From NCBI GenBank assembly GCA_002070185.1, contig MWCT01000002.1, positions 256,492 through 320,491 of the forward strand: a stretch of DNA of 64,000 bases, given 5' to 3'. The notes under the pieces are model-generated. The model did no database searches and had not been told where the DNA came from. It was given only the letters and a program-made list of their open reading frames with translations. This document shows, piece after piece, positions 1 to 9,845 of the stretch; position 1 is the first letter of the stretch; every line of letters begins with the position of its first letter. The stretch comes from a candidate division BRC1 bacterium ADurb.Bin183 (lineage in GTDB: Bacteria; Sumerlaeota; Sumerlaeia; MWCT01). Both the position numbers and the translations under genes were made by a program.

Positions 1-2056
1 AAATTTTATTCCGATGATAAAAGAGGACTGGACTTTTTTTGCGAAAGAAAAAGTCGTCTATCCCGGCGAGCCGATTGCCTTGATTGTGGCGGAAAGCAAG
101 GATGCCATCATGGATGCATGGGAAAAGATTTCTGTGGTTTATGAGGAACTCCCCGCCATTTTTGATCCGGAGGAATCGCTCAAGCCCGGCGCTCCGCAGA
201 TTAACCCTATCGGCAATCTATTGAGTTTGCACAAGATTCGCACAGGAGACCTTGAGCTGGGATTCATGGAATCGGATGTGATTATTGAAGGCGTTTATGA
301 GACGGATTATCAAGAACACGCTTATCTGGAAACGCAAGGGGCGCTTGCCGTGCCCGGCGCGGAAGGCGGTATGACTGTATATGGCTCGATGCAATGTCCC
401 TTTTATGTTTTAAAAGGCGTTTGCATGATATTGGGTCTGCCCCAACACAAAGTTCGGATTGTGCAGACGCCGACCGGCGGGGCTTTTGGAGGCAAGGAGG
501 ACATGCCTTCGCTTTTTGCGGGGCTTGCCGCGCTGGCTGCATGGAGCATCAAGCGTCCGGTGAAGCTGACGCTGGATAGGCGGGCGGATATTATCATGAC
601 CAGCAAACGGCATCCGTCGCGCAGTTATTATCGGCTGGGCGCAAAAAAGGACGGGACGCTGATGGCATGCGAGGCGCGGGTGTATCTTGATCCCGGCGCT
701 TACGCCACGCTGACGCCTTCTGTTTTATGGAGGTGCTGCATTCACAGTTGCGGACCTTATCGAATCCCGCACGTGAAAGTGGACGCTTATGCAGGCGCAA
801 CAAACAAGGTGCCTTGCGGCGCTTACAGAGGTTTCGGCTCGCCTCAGGTGATTTTTGCGATGGAGCGGCAGATGGATAAACTGGCGCGGGAGATTGCCAT
901 GGATCCGCTGAAGTTGCGCGCCATGAACGCCCTGCGGCAGGGGGATTCCACTGTGACGGGTCAGACGCTGCCATGGAGCGTTGGTTTGGAGGAGTGCATC
1001 CAAAAAGCGGCGGAAGCCTCTCGTTGGGAAGAAAAGCGGAGCCGTTATCCGGCGGAAGATGGCTATAAGCGGCGCGGCATCGGCTGCAGTTTTTTGCATT
1101 ATGGCGTAGGGCTTGGCGCCGCAGGAAGCAGGATAGATGTTGCTGAGGCTTACGTGCAGATTAAGCCGGATGGCGGGGCGGTTTTTGCTGTCGGCACAAC
1201 GGATATGGGACAGGGGATGCAAGGCGTTCTGACGCAGATTGTTGCGGAGGGATTGGGAGGCATAGCCCCCCAACAAATTCAGATGCTGCCCGTGGACACC
1301 ATGCAAGTGGGCGATAGCGGTCCCACCGTGGCGAGCCGCGCCACTTACACAAGCGGGAATGCCATCCTTGACGCATGCGAAAAAATCATGGATGAGATGA
1401 AGAAGGGAGCGGCGCTTCTTTTGAAATGCGAGCCTTCTCAGGTGCGCGCGGGCGGGGGCAAGTTTTTCCAGGAGTCGGCGCCCGAGATATTTTACACTTT
1501 TGCTCAGGTTGCCGCCGAGTGCTCCGCGCGGCATTTTGGGCTGACGCATACCGGATATTTTAAAAGCCCCGATACTTCTTGGGACTCAGAAACTGGGCAG
1601 GGCAAGGCTTATGTCGCCTATTCCTTTGGCGTGCAAATTGCCGAGGCGGAGGTTGATATGCAGACCGGCGAGGCGCGCGTGCTTGATATCTGGGCGGCGC
1701 ATGATTTGGGCAAGGTAGTCAATCCGAAGATGGCGCAGGGTCAAATTGAGGGCGGGGTTGTTCAGGGTGTGGGATATTCTCTTATGGAATTCATCGCCTT
1801 GGACGGCAAGGGTCGAATTCAGAACCCGTCATTTTCAAATTATATCATACCGACCAGTCTGGACGCGCCCCTTGTCCACTCGGAGATTGTGGAATCGGTG
1901 TATCCGGAGGGTCCTTTCGGGGTCAAGGGATTTGGCGAGACGCCGCTGATGGGCGTTGCCGCATGTGTTGCCAATGCAGTTTCCGACGCCATCGGTAGGG
2001 ATGTGGACAAAATTCCGATGCTGCCGGAACGATTGCTTGAAAAAATGAAAGGATAA
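1..2056 (+). CDS. Xanthine dehydrogenase/aldehyde oxidase family molybdopterin-binding large subunit (5' end truncated by window edge)
   Basis: 680-aa ORF, and the frame stays open back to nt 2, so the N-terminus lies outside the window. Translation shows motifs typical of the XdhA/CoxL family (QTPTGGAFGGKED, GYFKSPDTSWDSETGQG, GVKGFGETP). Confidence 0.8.
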   Translation, partial: NFIPMIKEDWTFFAKEKVVYPGEPIALIVAESKDAIMDAWEKISVVYEELPAIFDPEESLKPGAPQINPIGNLLSLHKIRTGDLELGFMESDVIIEGVYETDYQEHAYLETQGALAVPGAEGGMTVYGSMQCPFYVLKGVCMILGLPQHKVRIVQTPTGGAFGGKEDMPSLFAGLAALAAWSIKRPVKLTLDRRADIIMTSKRHPSRSYYRLGAKKDGTLMACEARVYLDPGAYATLTPSVLWRCCIHSCGPYRIPHVKVDAYAGATNKVPCGAYRGFGSPQVIFAMERQMDKLAREIAMDPLKLRAMNALRQGDSTVTGQTLPWSVGLEECIQKAAEASRWEEKRSRYPAEDGYKRRGIGCSFLHYGVGLGAAGSRIDVAEAYVQIKPDGGAVFAVGTTDMGQGMQGVLTQIVAEGLGGIAPQQIQMLPVDTMQVGDSGPTVASRATYTSGNAILDACEKIMDEMKKGAALLLKCEPSQVRAGGGKFFQESAPEIFYTFAQVAAECSARHFGLTHTGYFKSPDTSWDSETGQGKAYVAYSFGVQIAEAEVDMQTGEARVLDIWAAHDLGKVVNPKMAQGQIEGGVVQGVGYSLMEFIALDGKGRIQNPSFSNYIIPTSLDAPLVHSEIVESVYPEGPFGVKGFGETPLMGVAACVANAVSDAIGRDVDKIPMLPERLLEKMKG

Positions 2057-2152
2057 TAATTTTTGGCTTGCATTGATACCGCCGTGAAAAACAAGATGGA
2101 AGCCAGTAATAAAAATTAAATTATTATCACCAATTCACACAAGGGGAGAAGC

Positions 2153-3562
2153 ATGTTTTATCCTGAAAGTAAAAACGTTTTTTATCGCCTTTGTATGCTG
2201 ATGTTGGTTTTATATGCATTCTTTATTTCGTTCGTTTTTGCTGAATGGGAATCGGCGGGAACGATTGCCATACCGCCTTATCCATATACATTTTTGGCTG
2301 CCACACCAAACGGGGATTTGCTTGCAACGACGTTTAACAATCACTCTGATAAACCCGCGGAGATTCCCGCCATTTTGATTAAAAACCCGATGTCCGCAAC
2401 GCCGGAGGTTGTGGAACTTTGCAAGGTTTCGTTTCTTAAAGATCGCGGATACAGCGGAGTTGCGTGCGACCATGGGGGCAATTTTTATCTTACTGGCGAT
2501 ACCGGCGATGCGGCGACATGCTTTTTAAGGAAATTCAAACCTGATGGCTCGCCGGATACAACTTTTGGCAACAGCGGCGTCGTCTTGCCTAAAAAACGAT
2601 GTCTCGGCGTTGATGTGATTGGTCCTCAGATTCTTTTAGCCGTCGGATGGGCGCAGGTTCAGGTTTATGATTACAAAACAGGAAAGATGACAGGGGAATT
2701 TCCCAAAACGAAAGCGGACCCTTTTATTCGGGATATTGCAATAGATCCTTCTTCCATGCGCGTTTATGGCGTGGCAAAGGGCGGGGTGTGGGTTTGGGAG
2801 GGCGGGCAGCCGTGGGAACCAGCCGGATATAATTTGAGAGAAATAACAACTGGGACGGGGTCGGTTCGCGCCGGCGAGGGAATCTCGTTCGACCCTATCA
2901 TGCGCGTTGCTATAGTGACGCCTGTGCCGGGGAACACGCTGTTTGAAGTCAAGGATGCCAATACAATTACAAAAACTGTCGTTACGTCGGCTGCTCCCCA
3001 GACGCATCTGGCGGATTCGTGCCTTTCTTTTGACGGAACCACGCTTTTTATCACTGATATGTTTGGGAAAAATATTCACGTGCTTAAACGCGTCGTCTAT
3101 GACAGCATGAGCCGAATCTCCTCCGTCTCCCCTACTTCGGATGGACAAGCGGCGTCTCCCCGGACACCGGCGCCGAGCCAGCCGTCCGCGGCAACTGCCC
3201 CAGCCTCCACGCCTCCCGCCGGTCGAGTTGAACAGGCAAAATGGGAGAAGTCATACACGGATGTTGTTCAACGCGCGCGAACGGAGCATAAGCCAATGGT
3301 TGTATATTTTCGGCGGGATGGCGTCAGTAAATGCGAGGAGATAGAATCAAACATTCTTCTGACGCCGGAATTTAACTCCCGCGCTCCCCGATTTATATGT
3401 GTTTTTGAGGATTTGGCGGTCAATCCGCTGACCGCATACCGCCTTGGCGTGTTCCGCGTTCCGCATATCACTATCATGGACAGCAAGGGAGACACGGTTG
3501 AGCGTTTTACATTCAGGATAAACGCGGATGATTTGTTCCGCGCGATGGACTCCGCCCGTTAG
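2153..3562 (+). CDS. Secreted hypothetical protein: N-terminal beta-propeller-like (delta-60-type DxxFGxxG repeats) plus C-terminal thioredoxin-fold-like domain
   Basis: GGGGAG SD upstream and a hydrophobic signal peptide (LCMLMLVLYAFFISFVFA). Repeats of the type KFKPDGSPDTTFGNSGVV. Pro/Ala/Ser linker (SPRTPAPSQPSAATAPASTPPAG). C-terminal PMVVYFRRDGVSKCEEIE...HITIMDSKGD resembles a thioredoxin-like fold with a single Cys. Confidence 0.55.
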   Translation: MFYPESKNVFYRLCMLMLVLYAFFISFVFAEWESAGTIAIPPYPYTFLAATPNGDLLATTFNNHSDKPAEIPAILIKNPMSATPEVVELCKVSFLKDRGYSGVACDHGGNFYLTGDTGDAATCFLRKFKPDGSPDTTFGNSGVVLPKKRCLGVDVIGPQILLAVGWAQVQVYDYKTGKMTGEFPKTKADPFIRDIAIDPSSMRVYGVAKGGVWVWEGGQPWEPAGYNLREITTGTGSVRAGEGISFDPIMRVAIVTPVPGNTLFEVKDANTITKTVVTSAAPQTHLADSCLSFDGTTLFITDMFGKNIHVLKRVVYDSMSRISSVSPTSDGQAASPRTPAPSQPSAATAPASTPPAGRVEQAKWEKSYTDVVQRARTEHKPMVVYFRRDGVSKCEEIESNILLTPEFNSRAPRFICVFEDLAVNPLTAYRLGVFRVPHITIMDSKGDTVERFTFRINADDLFRAMDSAR

Positions 3563-3674
3563 GCAATATTTTCCTTGATTGCCTTTTGAAAATCATATCT
3601 GGTTATCCCGTGATTTATCCTGATGGGAAATTTTCTTTGTCTAAAAAAAGAATAGACGCGAGGGTGCGACTTTA

Positions 3675-4766
3675 ATGAAACGAACCATTCTTCATAGCTG
3701 GCACAAGGAACGCGGCGCAAAGATGGTGGAATTTGCGGGATGGGAGATGCCGCTGCAATACTCAACAATCCGCGAAGAGCATATCAACGTCCGCGAAAAA
3801 GCGGGGCTTTTTGACCTTTCGCACATGGGGCGCATCCGCATTCGGGGGAAAGACCGAGCGGCGTTCATCCAGCAGGTTTTCACCAACGACTTGACGAAAA
3901 TCCGCACAGGGGATGTGCAGTATGGTTTTTTGTGCAATCCGACCGGCGGGGTGATTGACGACGTTACGGTTTATATGGCGGATGATTATCTTATGCTGGT
4001 TGTGAACGCAATCAATACGGATAAGGCGGTGAACTGGCTCAAGGAAAGCGTCGGCAATTTTCAGGTGGATATCGAGGACGCCAGTTATCTTGTTTTGATG
4101 CTTGCCATACAGGGACCGCAGGCGCTTCAAATTATGTATGACATGACACAGATTGACCTTTCGAATATTGGTTCTTATCAGTTTCGCGTGCAGCATCTGC
4201 ATCGCTCACAGGCGGTTGTTTCGCGGACGGGATACACCGGTGAGGACGGTCTGGAGATTTACATTGCATCGGTTTATTTTCAATCTCTTTGGGAGCAATT
4301 GCTGGAAGTCGGGAGCAAGCGGGGGTTGATTCCGATCGGGCTGGGGGCTCGCGATACGTTGCGGACGGAGGCTTGCCTGCCGCTCTATGGTCATGAGTTA
4401 TCCGAAGAGATGTCGCCGCTTGATGCGGGGCTTTCGCGATTTGTGCAATTTTCCAAACCTGACTTCATCGGGAAGAAGGCGTTGATTCATAGCACAAACG
4501 CCGAGTTTTCAAAAAAACTTATCTGTTTTGAGATGACGGACAAATCCATCCCGCGTCCGGGCTGCCCGATTGTTTTTGGGGATCTTGTTATCGGCAATGT
4601 GACCAGCGGAACATATTCCCCGACTTTTCAGCGGGGCATCGGGATGGCTTATATTGACCGGTTACGTTCTGAGCCTGAAACGCCGATTATGATTCAAATA
4701 AACGACAAACCGCATCCGGCGGTGATTCGCAAACGTCCACTTTATAAACGGAGGAAACAGACATGA
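3675..4766 (+). CDS. gcvT: Glycine cleavage system T protein (aminomethyltransferase)
   Basis: 363 aa; N-terminus HSWHKERGAKMVEFAGWEMPLQYSTIREEHINVREKAGLFDLSHMG is the canonical GcvT signature; followed by gcvH with a 4-nt overlap. Confidence 0.9.
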   Translation: MKRTILHSWHKERGAKMVEFAGWEMPLQYSTIREEHINVREKAGLFDLSHMGRIRIRGKDRAAFIQQVFTNDLTKIRTGDVQYGFLCNPTGGVIDDVTVYMADDYLMLVVNAINTDKAVNWLKESVGNFQVDIEDASYLVLMLAIQGPQALQIMYDMTQIDLSNIGSYQFRVQHLHRSQAVVSRTGYTGEDGLEIYIASVYFQSLWEQLLEVGSKRGLIPIGLGARDTLRTEACLPLYGHELSEEMSPLDAGLSRFVQFSKPDFIGKKALIHSTNAEFSKKLICFEMTDKSIPRPGCPIVFGDLVIGNVTSGTYSPTFQRGIGMAYIDRLRSEPETPIMIQINDKPHPAVIRKRPLYKRRKQT

Positions 4767-5167
4767 CTACGGATTATGAAATCCCTGCAGAGCTTTATTA
4801 TGCCACATCCCACGAATGGGCATCGGCGGCGGGTGGGGTTGCCACTATTGGCATCACATCTTACGCCGTCAGCCAGATGGATAAAGAGATTGTGAATGTG
4901 GATTTGTGCGAGAAGGGCAAGAAACTTGCCAAAGGCGAATCCTTTGGCGTGGTGGATTCCGTGAAAGCCGCTTTCGACCTTTACATGCCCGTGAGCGGCG
5001 AGGTCATCAGCGTCAATACGCTTGCGGTTGGCTCGCCGGAGATTGTTGCCAATTCGCCCTACACGGATGGCTGGCTCATTAAGGTGAGCATGGACAACGC
5101 TGAAGAATTGCAGGAGCTCATGCGCGCGGCGGAATATAAAAAGATGATTGAAGACGCCGGGGAATAA
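4763..5167 (+). CDS. gcvH: Glycine cleavage system H protein (lipoyl carrier)
   Basis: 134 aa with a lipoyl-lysine region (ESFGVVDSVKAAFDLYMPVSGEV) and YTDGWLIKV, typical of GcvH. Confidence 0.9.
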   Translation: MTTDYEIPAELYYATSHEWASAAGGVATIGITSYAVSQMDKEIVNVDLCEKGKKLAKGESFGVVDSVKAAFDLYMPVSGEVISVNTLAVGSPEIVANSPYTDGWLIKVSMDNAEELQELMRAAEYKKMIEDAGE

Positions 5168-5213
5168 TTTTTTTTACAAGCCTGCCGCCTAATTATTTTC
5201 AAGGAGCAATGCC

Positions 5214-6563
5214 GTGAACCCCTATCTTTGCAGCACGGATGAAGAACGCGCTGAGATGCTGAACGTCCTTGGCATGAAATCCGAAGATGAGCTTTTTCTT
5301 TGCATCCCCGAAGATTTAAAAAAAGGGGTGTTTCCTCAGCTGCAAACGGCGCTGGGCGAATTTGAGCTTTCGCGAAAGTTGGAGACGCTGGCGCGGCAGA
5401 ACCTCTCCAATGATGGCGCGGTTTGCTTTATGGGCGGCGGGGCGTATGAGCATTTTATCCCCGCAGTTGTGCCGGCGCTTGCGGGTCGCTCAGAGTTCGT
5501 CACATCATACACCCCCTATCAGCCGGAGGCAAGCCAAGGAAACCTTCAGGTTTTTTTTGAATTCCAGACAATGACCTGCCGTCTTTTTGAGATGGATGTT
5601 GCCAACGCTTCCATGTATGACGGCGCCACGTCGCTTGCGGAGGGCGTTTTGATGGCAGCCGCCGCTCAAAAGGGACGCAACCGTTGCCTGATTTCAGAGA
5701 CGCTTCATCCCCACTGGCGGGAAACGCTCGAAACCTATCTTAAGAATCTGGATTTGGATATTGTTGTTATTAAATCAATAAATGGGATGACGGACGCGGT
5801 GGCGCTGGAAAGAGAGCTGGACGAGCGCGCGGCGTGTGTGGTTGCGCAAAATCCGAATTTTTTGGGGTGCATCGAGGATATGCAATCGCTTTCGGATAAA
5901 ACCCATTCAGCGGGCGCCGCCTTTATTGTTGCGGCGGATCCGCTTTCGCTGGGTCTCCTTGCCGCACCGGGAGAATATGGGGCGGATGTGGCGGCGGCGG
6001 AGGGGCAATGCCTTGGATTGCCGCCTTATTTCGGCGGCGAAACGCTCGGCATTTTCACATGCAAAAAGGATTTTATGCGCAAGATGCCCGGTCGTCTTGT
6101 GGGGCTGACGAAGGATTTGCAAGGGCGGCGGGGTTTTGTTCTGACGCTTCAGACTCGCGAGCAGCATATTCGGCGCGATAAGGCGACCTCCAACATTTGC
6201 TCCAATCACGCGCTTAACGCCACAAAAGCGGCGATTTATATGGCGGCGCTTGGACCTGCCGGAATTCGCGAGATTGGCGAAACCTGCCGCGCCAATATCC
6301 AATATTTGCAGACGCAGTTGGCTGATTCCGCCATTAGTCCTCTCTTTCCAGAGGCGCACCATTTCAAAGAAATTGCCGTTCGATTTGGAGGCGATGTGAA
6401 CGGGCTGATTGACGCTATGAACCGCAAGGGTTTTTTAATTGGTCCGAGCCTTGAAAAATACAACTCCGATTGGAAAGGCGCGTTCTTACTCAGCGCAACA
6501 GAGGTTCGCACAAGGGATGAAATGGATCGCCTTGTTGCCGCGCTGAGGGAATGTTCCCGATAG
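5214..6563 (+). CDS. gcvPA: Glycine dehydrogenase (decarboxylating) subunit 1
   Basis: 449 aa, the length and sequence of the split P-protein N-terminal subunit (GGGAYEHFIPAVV, SYTPYQPEASQGNLQ). Confidence 0.85.
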   Translation: MNPYLCSTDEERAEMLNVLGMKSEDELFLCIPEDLKKGVFPQLQTALGEFELSRKLETLARQNLSNDGAVCFMGGGAYEHFIPAVVPALAGRSEFVTSYTPYQPEASQGNLQVFFEFQTMTCRLFEMDVANASMYDGATSLAEGVLMAAAAQKGRNRCLISETLHPHWRETLETYLKNLDLDIVVIKSINGMTDAVALERELDERAACVVAQNPNFLGCIEDMQSLSDKTHSAGAAFIVAADPLSLGLLAAPGEYGADVAAAEGQCLGLPPYFGGETLGIFTCKKDFMRKMPGRLVGLTKDLQGRRGFVLTLQTREQHIRRDKATSNICSNHALNATKAAIYMAALGPAGIREIGETCRANIQYLQTQLADSAISPLFPEAHHFKEIAVRFGGDVNGLIDAMNRKGFLIGPSLEKYNSDWKGAFLLSATEVRTRDEMDRLVAALRECSR

Positions 6564-6588
6564 GCTTATCACTCCGCAAGATTCGATT

Positions 6589-8130
6589 ATGGAAGCCAAA
6601 AGCGAAGGGAAATTATTGTATTGGGGCGCGGCGGCTGTTTTGGCGGCGTCCTTATTTTTCCGATTTTACCGATTGAGCGAACTGCCCGCTATCAACGGGG
6701 ATGAGGCTTGGCTTGGAACGCAGGTTGCGCATTTTTTAAGAGGCGAGATTTTTCAACTGCGAACCCCCAGCGGGAATTTTATCAGTCCTTTTTTTTTCAT
6801 CAGCGAGTCGGCGCTGCTAGCGCTTTTCAAGCCATCCTTCCTGCTTTTGCGTCTACCGGCGGCATTTTGGTCTCTTTTGGGATTGCTGGCGACATTCCAT
6901 CTTTATCGAAGGGCATTTGGGAACAAGGCGGAGGCGCTGGCGTTGGCAGCTCTGACATCGGTTCATCCGCTCCATCTGGGTTATTCGCGTCTGGGTTGGG
7001 ACATCAGTTTTATATTATTCACCGCGCCATTTGTGCTGTTTTCCGCCGTTCGGATTGTTCAAGGAAAGGCAGACAGATGGGATGTCTTGATGTTCTGCGC
7101 GGGTATTATTTTTTCCATCTGGGTTCATCTGACATCCGTTATTTTTGCTGCGCTGGTTGCGGCGAGCATCGTCATAGTGCGGGCTGAGGATATTGCGGCG
7201 CGGGCGCGCGGGAAAGGGCGCGCAAATATCGCGTTATGGGGGGCGGGTTTGGTTGTTGCCATTGCGTGCGGCGCGTATTTTTTGAAATGGGGAACGGGGC
7301 AGGACGCCATCAAGATTTTTTGCGACTTTGCGCGAGGGGCGCGAAACGTTTGGCGAAACCCGCCGTGGCTTGCAGGATTTGCATTGCAGGTTGGAGACAT
7401 CCTTTCGGGGCATCGCGCTGGGGCATATCTGGCGGGCACGCCGGAGACTGCGTGGACTGTTTTTTTATCCGTTTGTTTTTTGGGGATATTATTGATTGGA
7501 AGCGGCTTTCTTGTGCTGAAAAATCAAGCAGAGCGGGGAAATCGCTTTCTTGGCATTTTAGGGCTTTTATCTTTTATGGCGATGATTTCAGGGTTCAAGG
7601 AGCCGTTTTTGTTATCGCTATTGGGACGGGAGAGGTATGTCCTTTGGGTGGTTCCCTTTTATGCGCTCATGTTGATTCGATTAAAATGGCATCTGCCGCA
7701 TGTATTGATAATCATGTTGTGGACGGGATATTTTGCCGGTAATTATATTATGTCGCTGAGCGAAATGCGGCATCAGCGCACGCTTCACCGCACGTTTGTG
7801 ACGGCGCGTCCTGAACCAAAATTGCAAGCGGCGGATTTTATTCGCAAGAATCTTGCGGGCGAGCGGGGCGAGTATAAAATAGTTGCCGAGGATCACTGGA
7901 TTTTATATCCGCTGCGGTATCTTTTGGAACCGGTATATCGAATAGAAGCAGCGCCGCCGCCCTCGCAAGGATTAGCGCTTACTGGGCGATTTATGCTAAT
8001 CGGCTGGGCGGGCTCGCTCTGGCTGCATCAAGCGGAAGAGTCTCTGAGGGCTGAGGGGCGCGCCGCAAAAAAAGAATTCATATTCAGCTCAAAGAATGTT
8101 CCCATTCTTGCAATCTTATATGATTTTTAG
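6589..8130 (+). CDS. GT-C fold glycosyltransferase, family 39/83-like (ArnT/PMT-type) integral membrane protein
   Basis: 513 aa with about 12 predicted TM helices. First-loop DE motif (PAINGDEAWLGT) and hydrophobic topology typical of ArnT/PMT-like glycosyltransferases. Confidence 0.65.
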   Translation: MEAKSEGKLLYWGAAAVLAASLFFRFYRLSELPAINGDEAWLGTQVAHFLRGEIFQLRTPSGNFISPFFFISESALLALFKPSFLLLRLPAAFWSLLGLLATFHLYRRAFGNKAEALALAALTSVHPLHLGYSRLGWDISFILFTAPFVLFSAVRIVQGKADRWDVLMFCAGIIFSIWVHLTSVIFAALVAASIVIVRAEDIAARARGKGRANIALWGAGLVVAIACGAYFLKWGTGQDAIKIFCDFARGARNVWRNPPWLAGFALQVGDILSGHRAGAYLAGTPETAWTVFLSVCFLGILLIGSGFLVLKNQAERGNRFLGILGLLSFMAMISGFKEPFLLSLLGRERYVLWVVPFYALMLIRLKWHLPHVLIIMLWTGYFAGNYIMSLSEMRHQRTLHRTFVTARPEPKLQAADFIRKNLAGERGEYKIVAEDHWILYPLRYLLEPVYRIEAAPPPSQGLALTGRFMLIGWAGSLWLHQAEESLRAEGRAAKKEFIFSSKNVPILAILYDF

Positions 8131-8144
8131 AGAGGTTGCATAAC

Positions 8145-9845
8145 TCAATAGAGAGCAAGCGATTTATGGGCGGCGCGGACGCAATCTGCGCTGTTTTTAT
8201 TTTGCGCCTTGCCGTCTGCTTTGATGCCGCGACAAAGTACGACTACGGAGGCGACTGCATCGGGTCCGTCATCGTGTCTGCCGTGCGGAATATCCTCCAT
8301 TTGGGCAAGGAATTCTTCCGTCATGGCGCGATTAAATAGCAGCCATCCATTGGAGGCAAAAGGTTCAAGAGCAAGGAGGCGTGCCTCTTTTTTATTATGC
8401 TGGACGATTTCGATAACGGGAACATCCCATATTCCTCCAGCCGCTCTTCTGCGCTTTCGCTCTTCCTCAAGGGGGAGCATGAGGAGCGATTGAAAGCAGT
8501 TCGCCTCGATGCCAAAACGGTCGTATTTGAATCGTTCGTGCAGTTCGAATATTTTTTCTATCTGGCGCGTTGGGGGGACGCGCCGCATCCAGACGTCCAA
8601 AAGGTAAATGAAGCCATCTTTATCTATTCCAACGGTTGCGATTGCGGCAAAATCGGACTGGGATGTTTTGCGATTTCCCAAGGCTGAATCGAGGAAGCCA
8701 AAGATGGAAAGGGAGGCAAGCGGAATCGTGCGGGGCGCATCGCCCGGTTGTTCGATAAGGAGTTTGTCGCCTTCGAGGATGAAATATCGGAATTTTTTGC
8801 GGTCGAAGATTCGGCTTTCAGCCGCGTCGGGCTCGTTTTGTTTTTCCTGATAAAAGGCGCGGCGTCCTTGTGTGGCGAGCTGCGACATGAGGCTATAATA
8901 ATCTTCTTTCGCCGCCCAAAGGACGCGGCTGCCTTTGAGCATGGCGTTGCGATTTTTGAGGAAGAACTGCCGAGAGGTTTCAAGACGGTTATAGTCGGCA
9001 AGGTTGGCAAAAAGGAGCCGCCATTTTTCCCAAAGGGCGGCGTCATCGGCGAAGGTCAAGACGGCGCGGAATGTCCTTGCTTCAAAATCGGGTCGGCGCA
9101 AAAGGTTAGCCAGCAGGCTATCGGGGTGGAGGAGCGTGCCGATTGCCTCGATGATTGTATAGGAATCGCCGAGGTGTTCGATGACTTCGTTGAACCAGTC
9201 AAGGATTTTGGCGCGACCTTCGGCGCTTTCCACAAGGGCGGAGTCTTCGGCATCGTCGAGGATGATGCGGGTGGGGCGGAACTCGCGCCAAGAGATTCCG
9301 CGGATTTCCGTCCCTGCGGAATAAGCCTCCGCCTGACAATCGAGAAGATTGATGGTCTGCTGCGTCCACGAGCGGCGGCGGTCGCTGCCGATGGAGATGT
9401 TGTAATAATCGCGGAGGAGTTTGTTAGTCAGGAATTCATTTTTGATATTTTTGAGGCGCTGTTTTGCCTGACGCAGCGTGGCGCTGATGATGATGATGTA
9501 GCGTTCATAGTTATAGAGGATGGCGTGGATGGGCAGGATGAGGGTTTTGATGGTGGATTTGGCAAAGCCGCGCGGGGCGGCTATGGCTTCGCGCCAACCT
9601 TTGCGGGCAAGGATATCTGGGATGAGCCGGCGGCGATATTTTTCGAAGAAATCCCGATGCATGGACGAAAAGGGCAGCCGGCAGTGATGCGGGAAAAAAT
9701 ATCGCGCAAAAAGGAGGGGATCAGTCCGGCAGCGCATCGCTATCAGATTCTTCGCTTCCGTTTTTTTCAAGGGCTTCAATGATTCGAGAAATGTTTTGAG
9801 CGGGGCTTTCTGGATCAGGGTTTCCTGTTCCGGCGTGAGATTCAT
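8145..9845 (-). CDS. Phage terminase large subunit-like protein (P-loop ATPase plus RNase H-like nuclease)
   Basis: 566 aa. AGGAGG SD 9 nt upstream of the ATG. N-terminal DPLLFARYFFP as in terminase N-domains. Deviant Walker A RGFAKST (K96) and Walker B RIILDDAED (D196/D197/E200). C-terminal acidic nuclease-like segment (FGFLDSALG ... FGIEANCFQS). Confidence 0.7.
   Translation of the reverse strand: MNLTPEQETLIQKAPLKTFLESLKPLKKTEAKNLIAMRCRTDPLLFARYFFPHHCRLPFSSMHRDFFEKYRRRLIPDILARKGWREAIAAPRGFAKSTIKTLILPIHAILYNYERYIIIISATLRQAKQRLKNIKNEFLTNKLLRDYYNISIGSDRRRSWTQQTINLLDCQAEAYSAGTEIRGISWREFRPTRIILDDAEDSALVESAEGRAKILDWFNEVIEHLGDSYTIIEAIGTLLHPDSLLANLLRRPDFEARTFRAVLTFADDAALWEKWRLLFANLADYNRLETSRQFFLKNRNAMLKGSRVLWAAKEDYYSLMSQLATQGRRAFYQEKQNEPDAAESRIFDRKKFRYFILEGDKLLIEQPGDAPRTIPLASLSIFGFLDSALGNRKTSQSDFAAIATVGIDKDGFIYLLDVWMRRVPPTRQIEKIFELHERFKYDRFGIEANCFQSLLMLPLEEERKRRRAAGGIWDVPVIEIVQHNKKEARLLALEPFASNGWLLFNRAMTEEFLAQMEDIPHGRHDDGPDAVASVVVLCRGIKADGKAQNKNSADCVRAAHKSLALY

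Noticed and set aside
725-1549. 274-aa minus-strand ORF inside the xanthine-dehydrogenase-family gene
   Set aside because: It is antisense to a gene with strong homology. It is Arg/Ala/Leu-rich and low complexity with no domain signature.
2057-2152. Imperfect hairpin (TGGCTTGCAT ... ATGGAAGCCA) followed by an AT-rich stretch after the XDH-family gene, considered as a terminator
   Set aside because: The stem has a mismatch and a 22-nt loop, and the downstream tract is A-rich rather than a U-run. That is too weak to call.
3563-3674. Looked for a glycine riboswitch upstream of gcvT
   Set aside because: The leader is only 112 nt and lacks the conserved GGAGAG ... CACCG aptamer cores. No tandem aptamer is discernible.
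8748-9782. 344-aa plus-strand ORF rich in Asp/Glu/Gly/Phe
   Set aside because: It lies wholly antisense to the terminase-like gene and is compositionally biased, with no motif. It is typical of a shadow ORF in a GC-rich gene.
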